The notes beneath the pieces were generated by a model. That model was not told where the DNA came from and searched no databases. It saw only the letters and a program-made list of their open reading frames with translations. The position numbers were made by a program, and so were the translations under genes. From Perkinsela sp. CCAP 1560/9 (lineage: Eukaryota; Protista; Euglenozoa: Kinetoplastea), in assembly GCA_965644495.1 (NCBI GenBank), contig CBFFSA010000009.1, positions 372,001 to 436,000 of the forward strand: DNA of 64,000 nt. Reading direction: 5' to 3'. Shown piece after piece: positions 20,209 to 31,263 of this stretch; the first letter of the stretch is position 1; the number at the start of each line of letters is the position of its first letter.

Positions 20209-21098
20209 TTGGTGTCTCGTAAATCCTCTGTGGAGATTTCCAGATTCTCCGACGAGGCTGTGGGGCTACACCAGCTGTCTATCGAGGCGCTGAAGAAGGG
20301 GAGGCCGGACCCAGGAGTCCGCGCTAAGACCCCAATCAAGTCCCGCGCTTGTGACTTTTGTGGCCTCCTTTTTGTGCCCGCCAAACGCAATATATGCTTG
20401 TATGACGAGTGTATGTCCCTACGTGCTCAGCACAGAAAAGATCTTTGTGCGCGTGCGAAGACTCAAACTCCCCGGATCCCTCCCCTCTCTCTGCTTTTTC
20501 AGCCAGGTCCTCTCGGCACCGGTCGGTGACCCGTAGACCCCCGCTCTCTCTCCTCTCTGAGCCGCTCCCGGAAGAAAGCTAGCACTCCTCATGCGAAAGC
20601 CCCTGCTCCTATTCTGAGGAAATCGTCAACCGTTTCTTTTGCTCCTTTCTCCCCAGCTAACCTCTCCTCGAAACCCTTCGCCAGTTACCCGGATGGACGG
20701 CGGAGGCATCGAGGCCCGAGATTCTCTCCTGGTCTATGACAAGAACACCCATAGAACTCCCGTCGGCGCCAGATGTTGACCGGAAGGCCACAAGCCTGGC
20801 GCCGCTTAGAGCGCCAGGCCCGTCCGGATGGACCAAGGAACTCCAGGTCCCATCCTGCAGGAGGACACCCGAGGGACGTGATCAATTGGATCATACAAGG
20901 GATCCTAACCAACTCCCTCCCCCCCACGATGAGGGATTTTCTCACGGGAGCAAACCTCAAGCTTTTCAACAAGCCTGGGGCCCCGGTGGGACACCACTCC
21001 TCCTACAGGCCTATTGCCATGGGGGAGGTCCAACTGAAGCTCGCAGGGCTACTGGCCCTCGAACAAGTCAGAGACCACCTCCCGGCCGTGTAAAAAAA
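20209..21098 (+). mobile_element. CRE/SLACS-like retrotransposon 5' fragment (Cys-rich region + RT N-terminus)
   Basis: LAPLRAPGPSGWTKEL and YRPIAMGEV are typical CRE-clade RT motifs; homologous to 51540-52000; ends in an A7 run. Confidence 0.8.
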
Positions 21099-21196
21099 GG
21101 TAGAAACCGATTTATTTTTGTGTTCCCCACAGCTGCCAACCCTGTTTGTCGAATTCAATGGGAAAGCACATGTGCCGCTGTCGGCACGGGCCCGAT

Positions 21197-21380
21197 CCTG
21201 CGCCTTCTCGTACAACAAGAGATGGGTAACAAGGCAAGCCGAGGAGAGGTCGAAAGATCCGGTCCGAAGCACGTGCGGATAGATGGGTCGTGATCTTGCC
21301 CCCCCCCCCCCCACAAGTTAATTTCACCCTCCGTGAGGCATCACAGGGAGGATGGCTAAAACGTCGGAAAGCAGAAAAGG
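21197..21380 (+). ncRNA. Putative structured RNA module associated with CRE-like elements (copy A)
   Basis: Matches the reverse complement of ~62660-62814, with compensatory stem changes and a GGTC-GAAA-GAYC hairpin. Confidence 0.45.
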
Positions 21381-22122
21381 TTAAGGAGGTGGGTGAAGGG
21401 TCAATAGTAAGCAGGATAATATTGAAGTAAAAAGAAAAGAAAGATAAAAAATCGATAAGGATACATTTTATGTACCTTGTTGACTTCTTTTTCCTTCTTA
21501 TTACAAGTTCCTTTGGAATGAGCGAGGTTTTCTCAGACGACTTGAGTGATTACTGTCCAGAAAGTGAAGATGATTATTCGGACAATATTGAAGATTCAGT
21601 CTATCCTCTGTCAACAAATTTTTCTTCTCGAGCAAGGCGTCACAGTAATGATCTAGAGCGGTGGGTATGGAACCCACTTGCACCTCCTTCCCCTACCGAA
21701 ATGAATTACTTCTGTGGACACAAGACGCTTTTTGCACCGTCTCACGTATTAATCGGGAGAAGTCTGATCTGTGTTCGATCATGATCAATGAGCTTCGCGA
21801 ACCAGGCACAGCGTACCTGATCCGAGACTTCGAAGTGTGCTCATAGAGTGTGCGCATAGAGAGTTTATAAAAGAAAAAAATAGAAAAAAAGTGCACCTTT
21901 TGTACTTTTCCTTGTACTTTTCCTGAACCAACGTATTCAGGATGTGTTTCTGAGTAGTAAATTTTATAACTAACGTATAAAGAAGTGTTTGTGAATAGTA
22001 GATGGATATGAATCGAAAATAAGTAAATCGATGAGAAAAAAGACAAAAACGATTGTGTTTCCCGGTAATGAACAACCCTACCATATTAAAAAAAGAATAA
22101 TGAAAGAAACACAACTCACTCG

Positions 22123-22782
22123 TCAATATAACTGTATAGCAGTTCCACCAAATTGAAAAGAACATTCTGAAAGGAGACCCGGCGGTAGATCATTTTTCCG
22201 ATAAAAGCCTTGAAGGTCGTTGTTCTCTTGTAGGTAGAGTAACTCAAGACTGCGGGGGAGATCTTCGAAATGCAGAATTTCGGTAAAATTGTTTTCTGCA
22301 ATCACGAAGTGTACCATTGACCGTGGAAGGTAGCTGAAGTCTAGTGTTCCACTAAGCCAGTTGGTCGAGGCTCGGACTTTCCGCATATCACGCGGTAAAT
22401 CTTCTAAGTTCAGTTCCCCGGAAAACCGGTTGTGCGATAAATATGCCATGCGGAGCGTTCGAGGCAGATATGCGAGTGGAATATGCCCAAAGAGCTCATT
22501 TTCGTGCAGATATAGCTGCTCCATTGTAGCGGGGAGATATTCCCATTGTGGCGTGCCGCGCAGTGTTTTCCATGCGAGGGAGAGCTGAGCGACTTTTCCG
22601 TTTTCCCAACATGTTACACTAGGCCACTCACATACCGGGACATCCGAAATCCACTTGTATGATTTTGAGGTAATGTTTTGAAGAAATCGATCCAGTAGCT
22701 GCTCTTCAGGGAGAGAAGCAGCGCTGACTCTTCCGAGTCGCACAGGGACATCGGACGCGCTAAAAATTTGCAAAGAAGTCAT
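22123..22782 (-). CDS. LRR family protein (5 LRR)
   Basis: MTSLQIFSASD.PVRLGRV leader, VCEWPSVTC cap, 23-aa LRR units. Confidence 0.9.
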   Translation of the reverse strand: MTSLQIFSASDVPVRLGRVSAASLPEEQLLDRFLQNITSKSYKWISDVPVCEWPSVTCWENGKVAQLSLAWKTLRGTPQWEYLPATMEQLYLHENELFGHIPLAYLPRTLRMAYLSHNRFSGELNLEDLPRDMRKVRASTNWLSGTLDFSYLPRSMVHFVIAENNFTEILHFEDLPRSLELLYLQENNDLQGFYRKNDLPPGLLSECSFQFGGTAIQLY

Positions 22783-23389
22783 GTAGGTAAAGATAATTGT
22801 GTGGATTAAAATATAGGGTCACCGGCAGTATACGGTGCAGGTTCATTTTTTTTGTAAAAAACTTTTCATAAATTTCATAAACATGGAATGATTTCATTCC
22901 CAATGGGTTTAGCGGCATCGCTTCCTTAGGCAATGAGGACCTATTTGTGACGTTCTCATTCTTACGATGTACTAGCCTTTCCAACAGTGACTCGCTTTTC
23001 GAGTGCATTGAATGAACTCGAAGGATACTTACAAACGGAGCCCATCACTTCAGAAGAACCATAACCGAGGTCACCGAGCACGCCCCCGCCGCGAGCATGT
23101 CTGGAATTTTTTCAATGCAGCGCAATGGTTGAATCCACGGTTTATCAAGTGGACAACACGTCGTGAGAATGGATCCTTTTTTTCTGACGCCCCCTGATGA
23201 CAAGGTACGAAACGAGGGTTGGATAATGGTTCGCCTCTTTTTAACGGCTCTTGTGGTGAATTCGAAGACTATCGTATACCCCCCAGTAAGGCAGCCCTCC
23301 AGTAAGAAAGATTTGGTCCTTTTTAGGCAAACCCCTAGTAAGGTACCTCCCACGGCGAGGTCGAGTACATTTTTTTGTCTGTGTCAAGG

Positions 23390-23800
23390 CTTTTCTTACG
23401 AGGACGAAAATTCGTCTTATCAATGGTTGGAAAGGTTCATTGCGCGGTTTCATGGGGCCTTCGAATACGCAGCTCAACAGCTGGATGATTATGAGCGTCA
23501 TGTGATTCGTTGTACATGTGATTCGCCGTACGTGGCGAAATCTTGAGCTTTGACCTGTTTGTAGAGGGTGTCCGGGGTACGCCTCCGTGAGACTTTGTCG
23601 AAGCATTGCCGCTATTCCATATCGTAAAGATGCGGAGAAATCTATGAAGGCACACGGTCTCTTGGTCCTTCCCGAATGTCCCGATCATGGGAACCAGTTC
23701 ATGGTTGACCTCCGGGGTAATGATCAGATGCGACGTTGTTTGCACCGAGAACCCGGTGGTGGGAATTCTTGCCGAAAGCACGTCAGCCATTTTCTCCTTT
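23390..23800 (+). mobile_element. Divergent Merlin-like transposase N-terminal remnant
   Basis: PVCRGCPGYASVRLCRSIAAIPYRKDAEKSMKAHGLLVLPECPDHG aligns with RVCRGCEGFAFVRVWRNMRYIPQGEAAEVWIKNHGLLSEPQCKRHG at ~49245-49385. Confidence 0.7.
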
Positions 23801-24059
23801 ACATTTCGACCGACACTTGTTCGTCCCCTAGCACGCTTCTCTTATGACTTATCTTAATGCCGTAGTTGTGAAAGCGCCGTAGTTGTGAAGACCGTCTCTG
23901 TATACGCCAATACTTTCTTACCTGATCATTAATTTTATGCCAGACACATTACTTTCGTCCCCCCCTGAAAATTACGCGACACAAAGCACAAAGTGTGCTT
24001 TCCTAGTGCTCTTCTCCTTAAAACGATTGGGAGTAACTGTTCGGGAAGAATTAGTTAGG

Positions 24060-25051
24060 ATGCCTCCAAAAGCCATTCAGTATGTACAAGAAAAGAAGTC
24101 CACGACTCCTATCCTTGAGAGTGATGCTGTCATGACGGAAAAGAGAAATACTGTGAATGAAGCGCGTATAGTCCGACGGACTCTTGCTGCGATGGTGCGC
24201 GGCGACTTTTCATCCGTCAGCTTGCGAGATGCGCTTTACGCGCTTTCAGCAGAGTTGGAACACTCTGAAGCTGTCCCGGTCGCAGAAACAGAAATTCCCA
24301 CTCGCGGAGACCAAAGCAATAAGGACCTACGAAAAGCCTTTTATAGTCTTATTGGGACGCGCGAAGACCCTCGATGCGATGTCCAACTACAACAGTGCCT
24401 AAGTTAGACACCGGTTTCAGTACAGAAACGTGGCTCTCGCCACACGTAAAGCAGGCAGTGAAGGAGTCGGTAGGCAACCGGCCTGACATGGTGTACTACG
24501 CCAAGCTTTTGGCAGACTCCCCTCCTGATGCCCCGATAGAAAGCATCAATTCTGAGGGCATGCGACTCGGCATTTGGTCCCTCCTGTGTAAGATGGGGGC
24601 GGTGTTGCTCATGCACCGCCTACGGCATGAGGGTGCTGCGGTGTCTGTAGAGACACTCGAGCACCTCATGCTCGACAACCATACTGAAACCACCAATAAA
24701 TCCATTGTGGCCATTCTCGTGGGGTACGAACGTGCGTTGGCAGTGGTAAACCGCAATGCGTCCACTGTGTACAAGGTTTCGGCTGGGACATTTTCTTCAG
24801 CCCCTCAAACCCCAGTGGCACGAAACGCCTACAAACGACCCATCCCCGGTAAAGTCCCCTCAGTCATCAAAGCGTGGAACTATCCACGCGCTCCACGCGG
24901 TACGTGCCGTCACTGCGGAAAAAGAGGCCATGAAATCCGCGATTGCAAGGTGAAGATCGTACCAAGCGACTTCTTGCACGGGCAAAACAGCGCCTACAAG
25001 CGTAGTCGTTCTGGCCCAGTGGTTCAGAACAACAAGTTTCGGATGCAGTAG
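24060..25051 (+). pseudogene. Gag-like ORF with CCHC zinc knuckle (one frameshift near 24380-24400)
   Basis: CRHCGKRGHEIRDC (CX2CX4HX4C) near the C-terminus; overlapping ORFs 23937-24407 and 24374-25051; no pol follows. Confidence 0.6.
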
Positions 25052-25659
25052 CTCGGGGTCGCAATAAAAGTTAATATAGTGATTTCAACCGATTGATACA
25101 GACACGTAGGGGCCATTGTTTACAGGCACGTAAAGTTATGTTGCTTATCTCTTCAAAGATCTGCTTTCAATTTTTTGCGAAACGTTGAAAATCCAGATCA
25201 GAATAATTGGGCTTGAGAAAAAACTAATCCGCTCTTAAAAAGAATTATGAGGGGCGTTTAATGCGTAGTATCCTGCCTTAAATTGCTTTTAACAATACAG
25301 AATTCAGAACGTAGTACGTGGGCTCACCATCCGTTTTTACAATATCGGCGTTATTAAAAATGAATACTTTTTTCCCCGAAAATGTTGATTAGAATTGCTT
25401 TGACTCAAATATAACGCGAGAACTTCTCAATATAGGTTCTCATTCATATACAGTAGATATGATATTTTCGTTCATATACAGCTCTGCAAAACAGTAAAGT
25501 CTCTTACATAAAGTAGCCAATCAACATCACTTAGATAGGCAATGCGCGAAGTCGCGAAAGTAATATCGGCCTAGTGGGCTCCAAAGAGGTTCAAAATAAA
25601 AGAACAGTTCCAGAAAATTTAATGTATTCTCTTGAATATACAATGTACAACATAATTAC

Positions 25660-27021
25660 TATGGCCTGGTCCAGACGACGCTGTATAAGTGATGAAGCCA
25701 TACAGGCTGACACACAAAGACTGATTCAAGTAAATGTGCACTCAGAGCTCCCTCAATTTGCTGTGGCCCCAGAAACTGATCGAAGACAGTCTCTTGAATT
25801 TTCAAGAATTCAGCATCTCTTGGGAGTTCACGGTGTGTGTAACCGGAGAAGCCTTCCTGGCTCTTTGTGCATGCCTCTCAAGGTTTTATCGGGCATCAAA
25901 GCTAGAGGCTCTACGCTCCGCCCTAGTGTGGCGGCAGCTTGAAGATGAACCCATAGAGCGATGCTGGTCACAAACGATCCGTTTTCGCCAGCGGTTCAAA
26001 GAAGCCACCTGTTTGTGCCTGAATCCACAACCCAGAGGCTACATAAACATAACGTCTTATTGAAAGGCATCTCCATCATTGTTTCCGCTCTCCGTGACGC
26101 AGGGGGACGAAGAGCTGGGTCAACTCCAAAGCTTGGAGGTGTCACGCGCTGGCGTGGAGACAAGTTTACGTCTCTGTCTTTTTTATACACTGGTCTGGAT
26201 TGCGTGGCTACGTTCATTTTCACTGAAATTGCCAAGCGACGTCACGTTAGCGCATCTGTTCGTTGATGTTACCAACTTCTCCTGGAGCATGGTTCGGAAG
26301 CCCTGAAATGGCAAAGCCGAGAATTTCTCGACAAATGCAATGTACTTCATCTTGCACTCCGCAAATTTTCTGATATGATGAATAAGCCCATGGCGACGCA
26401 AGTTGCGCAAACGTTGGAGGAATTATATGAACACACTTGTTCTGGTGAAGGTCCTGATGGACTTGACATTGTGATGCAACACCATATGCGCCGTCTCAAT
26501 AAAAACCACATGAATATCTGGAAGGACGTTGTGTGGTTTCGTCTTGCTTTCATTCTACAGCACGCACGGCCGTGTGGACTGCAACCTATTTTTTTCCTGA
26601 TGCGAACAAATTAGGATTGGAGCAAGAGGAATGCCCAACACAACGGCATCTCAACGCGGCGCAGTCTTCGACGGGGATGAAGAAGCAATATCATCTTGTT
26701 TACAACAAATGATACGAAGTGCAATCTTCGGAAGCTACGTGATATGGAATCGGCGAGAGGAACTCGCATGGTCTGATGGACCACAAGAAGCTTGATGTGC
26801 TAGCTGCTGTAGTCACGTTGCATGCGTGTGAACCGCAAAACAAAATGCCCTTCCGGCTTGCCAGGCATGAACTGGAAATGAAACTTGAAACGATGAAAAT
26901 GCTGGTACACCTAAAGCGCTTCAACCTTAATTCAATATTTCAGAACAAGAGTGGGAGGAATGGGGATCTTGTCTTGGCTTTCGATGGAAATCCAGAGATA
27001 CACGACGATGAAAATGCTTAG
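25660..27021 (+). pseudogene. Decayed unidentified coding region
   Basis: Chain of overlapping protein-like + strand ORFs, opposite to all host genes; no recognisable motif. Confidence 0.3.
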
Positions 27022-28201
27022 TGGCTAGAAATAGGCAGCGAGATGTTTCCTACTATCATAGTGTCATACTAACACTATTGTAGTATGTTTCCTACTATTA
27101 TAGTGTTATAGGTCCTACAGCACTATAAATATAGTCTATATTTCGAGCTGCTATGCACTTCATTTGGACACCACCTCTGGTATCCAAGTATGACAGTTGG
27201 CTTTCAGTTCTATCGTAGATGTATAATTCTAGGCAATCTCGCACGCCGCTCCAAGTTGTGGCCAACCGGGTCATATTCATTCCCGCCAACCAGGAGAAGC
27301 ATGAATATCTGATACCGGGAAGTGATGAAGAAAGTGACACGGATGAGTCAGTTGACATTACAGACAATGAAGGTGGAACATAGCGCTCTGTGTAACATAC
27401 ATATTGCAAGTTCTACATCTATTCTACGTGTATACATATTCTCTACATATTCTACGTGTATAGAATAAAATGTACCAAACATCAGGGTTATAACTTTTCC
27501 CCAACTACTAGTATAACCATTTTCTTGTTATCCCTCCAATATACAGTAGTTCCCAAATCGCGCAGCCCCTACAGCACGAACTCTACATTACATGAACCCC
27601 ACGCGAGTTCCGTTGTGTTGCCCTCTCTCACTCACTTAGGGGCCGGCGCGCATTCACTTTTCATCTTTCATTACTTCAATGACCAACATAAAAAGTGTCA
27701 AAGAGACATTTCATAATGGTCACAGGAGTGTTCATTGCCCGTGGACCTACAAACTTCTCGATCTTCCCTGACACTGCCATCTCACAGATGGTGTTTGATT
27801 CCTCATATTTTATGTTACGGGTAACACCAAGTACCATGCGTACGGTACGCAAGTATGGTAATCGGCTACTCAAGGCCCTAGGTACTTCATTTGGCTGAGT
27901 ACCGTACTCGCGTATGCATGATAATATGCCACTTTTGTTCCTCGCTAAACGGTTTTTCTATATTTTGCTGTTTTCTATACACTGTACTCCCCTAGTTATC
28001 TATCGCTACTTTTCGAGAAAAGGTGACATACAAGTGTATAAGTAGGGTAGGGGTGCGATAGATAACTGGGGGGGGGGTCAAAGTGCGACAGAGATCTAGG
28101 GGGTCGGTCGCAAAACAAGCGAGGTAACGAAATGTTACACATTTTAAACTTTCTCGATATTTCAGAGGACCTCCAGGTTTTATTTATTCGATCAACGGCC
28201 T

Positions 28202-29760
28202 ATGAGTTGTAGCGATAGTGAAGAACTATCAAGCGGGGCGATTCTTTCGGAAAGGGACGATACCGATTATCATCCATCAGATAAAATGGAATCAGACTAT
28301 TCTGAATCGATGGAATCTGATTTTGAATCAAATGTCACTTGCGCTTCTTTTGGATCTGGTTCCCGGAGGAAGACATCTTGTCATCCTTATCAGATTCCTC
28401 TACCTACTCTACTTCTACTGTAGCTCTTCTGATTCTTCTGGCGATTCACCTCCTTGTAGCGCCTCTTCTAGTGTTTCTTCTAGAGATTCATCAGTGGAAC
28501 GAAAAACGCCGCCTTCCCCTCTTCCAACAGCAACACTTCCTCCTAAACTCTTTCCCGCGATCAGTGTCCAATGTTCGGCCCTCTCACCCGTTCCTTTTTT
28601 TACCAGGCCGATTACAAAGAAATATACCATTGTCGCCTGGGTTAGACGCAAAGTTTTTAGAAGCGGCAGGGGAAATAAAGGGTCTTAACTCCGATGGATC
28701 GCGCGGAGCTGATGACGACACCAACCTTGATGCTTTAAAGAAGCATTATCCCCTGAAAAGGAGGCACCTGTTCCACAATTAATTTCAGATCCAAGTGACA
28801 AACAATTGAAGTCTTTCGAGAAAAAAATCAATGCCAAGGATGCAATTATTAAGAGGCTGCGTGACAAACTCTGCAAGACTACCGTGAAAACATTAATTAA
28901 GAATAATATAAATTAAGGTAACTTTTTTTTGGCACAAAATTATTACCTTAATTTCTGGTACCTTAATTATTGGTACCTTAATTAATGTTTATAGCCCATA
29001 TTTCCGATGTCGATATCTTTCGAAACTGTGAACAAAATTGTTCAAGTGAACAAAATTCACTTGAAAGGACCTACAACGCCTTTGACTAGATGAGTTAGAA
29101 TATTTGAAGTCCATGCCTAGAATCATAATTCGCAATTAGAACATTAGATACCACACCTTTAATCTCGCGCACGTGTGCATTTAAGTAATGCAATTTTTAG
29201 CAAATAGGTAGCGATCTCATTCACATAATGAGAGCACATTTCCATGGTTAGCTAGAGTTTTAAGCATGCCTACCTTATATGATTTTTGAATGCACGCTGA
29301 TAGGTTCTAAGTTGAAAATAACCACTGCCTTTTACGAAGCGACTAAAAGAGAAATTAAGTTTGCGACAGATTTTCCGAAAAATTAGTGACACATAATTAT
29401 TACCTTAATTTCTGGTACCTTAATTTTAATTACCTTAATAAGTGTTTTGACGGTAAACGAAAGCTTAGAAATCTTGAAAAGCAAGGAGCTAAGAGTGTGG
29501 AGTCCGAAATAAAATAGAACTCAAAGTACAAATTTTAAAACAGGATAATGCAAACGCTCGCGCAGAGTGTCAGGATTTGAAAAAACGCTTCACTAATTTA
29601 TTAAACATGAGGCAAAAAACGCTTCATTTATTAACTGAAGTCCGCCGAGCGTTGAAAAAGGGCCAAATGTAGAAAAGAGAAGGGGTCGTCTAGTTGTGTT
29701 TTCGGATGAGTTTCGAAAACCTTGAGCATGAATTGGACAACGGATATTTCAACGAACAGC
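28202..29760 (+). pseudogene. Decayed acidic/Ser-rich + coiled-coil ORF split by a MITE
   Basis: Removing 28882-29453 plus one TA restores KKINAKDAIIKRLRDKLCKT-KRKLRNLEKQGAK in frame. Confidence 0.5.
28882..29453. mobile_element. TA-flanked MITE with CCGT termini and TACCTTAAT subterminal repeats
   Basis: TA|CCGTGAAAACATTAATTAAG ... CTTAATAAGTGTTTTGACGG|TA; the TA duplication is supported by ORF reconstruction. Confidence 0.85.
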
Positions 29761-30297
29761 AAAACTACGCTCCCACACATGGAGCGTACGCTAAGGACAG
29801 TGACCCCTCTGCCGCCTGAAAAATATTCGCGGCATGAATATGACAGACGACATGTCCATAACTAAATTTGGACGTAATGCCAAAACACTCCTGGGAATAC
29901 CCCCCTTCCCATCCCAAGAAATGATCATAGAAAAAGATGATCCGGACTCCCAACACGGCGGAATCTCCCTTTTTTCCCCCAAATTTCCCCCAAAAAATAC
30001 TTCAAAGATTTTCCGAGTCCAACGATTTTCCTTCTAGATTGGTATTGCGGTGGTTGTATAACTACCCCTCGATTATTGAAAAAAAGTGAACAAAAACAGT
30101 GAAAATATGAAGAGGAACACATACAAAATATTTATTCATGGCATTGAGGCGTATTTGAACGTCACTGTATGTATTCCATGCGACCTCTACAGACTTTGTC
30201 TTGCATTAATTACAGCATTCCGTCGCACTTCACGCTGAAAAAAACCTTTCCGACACACTTGATCATGGCAATAATGTGCAGTCCATATTTGAAGCTG

Positions 30298-30990
30298 TTA
30301 CATCAGACAACACGAGGACTCTTCAACCACACGCGTGTGGTGAAATTGAAACGTAGTTCCAGGAAGTAAATGGGGGGGAAGTTGCGATCTGCGAAAGGTT
30401 CCACTAAGTCGGAAATTAATCTGGATGTACAGGCGATCAAGTTTCTCAGGTAGAACATCAAGATTTGTTGCCTCTTCAAATCCATTCTGATCAAACTGAA
30501 CCGATGTGAGAGTTCTCGGAAGATCTCGAAAATTTAAATGGCCGGAAAACCAATTCGATGAAAGAGTCAAGGTCCCGAGTTCGGGGGGAAGCTCACTAAG
30601 GCAAACATTTCCCGAAAAGTTGTTGCAAGACAAATTTATCCGTTTCAATCCGCGTGGGAAATAATGAAACGACACGCTTCCGCGCAAATAATTAAGGCCC
30701 AGGTTCAACTCGCTCAATGTAGAAGGTAAGTATTCCCATTTTGGGTGTCCGCGCAAAGCGACCCATTCAAAATCTATATGGGAAACAAAGAGCTCATCCT
30801 CGCAGCGTAGTCGGTACCATTCACATGCAGGTGTTCGTATGTCCCATATCATCTTTGTTGAAGAAATATTCTGAAGGAAATATTCCATAAGGTCTTCATG
30901 AGACATTCGCGTTGTGCTCACTTTGCCCAGTCGAACAGAACTATCGGAGGCGTGTACGAATGCCGCGGAAAAGATCTTTTGAAGTTGCAG
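30298..30990 (-). CDS. LRR family protein (5 LRR, C-terminal CCLM); start uncertain
   Basis: In-frame leader FVHASDSSVRLGKV lies upstream of the first ATG; only a CTG (30990) sits at the expected start. ACEWYRLRC cap; ends SSCCLM*. Confidence 0.8.
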   Translation of the reverse strand: MQLQKIFSAAFVHASDSSVRLGKVSTTRMSHEDLMEYFLQNISSTKMIWDIRTPACEWYRLRCEDELFVSHIDFEWVALRGHPKWEYLPSTLSELNLGLNYLRGSVSFHYFPRGLKRINLSCNNFSGNVCLSELPPELGTLTLSSNWFSGHLNFRDLPRTLTSVQFDQNGFEEATNLDVLPEKLDRLYIQINFRLSGTFRRSQLPPHLLPGTTFQFHHTRVVEESSCCLM

Positions 30991-31263
30991 TTCAAGTATT
31001 AAATAAAAAAGTCAGTTAGACTGACTCTACAAAATTATATCAAGAGCGAAGCAATTATACAATACATTGTATTGAGGAAAAGCCTTCGTTCACTGATCGT
31101 TTTAAGAAAATCTCGGTTCTAAAGAAGAAAAAGAAGTGGGATAGGTGAACTCCCACCACATAGTTTAATGGGGGGAAGAGCGGACACTACGTCATTTTCG
31201 ATGACCCGCGAACTAATGATGTTCCTGCTCCCCACCTGCTGGGCCCGTACCCCATGTAGATAC

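Noticed and set aside
24419-24429. GTTTCTGTACT (minus strand) resembling the kinetoplastid spliced-leader core
   Set aside because: Only 11 nt match, the flanks do not fit a mini-exon, and it lies inside the gag-like ORF.
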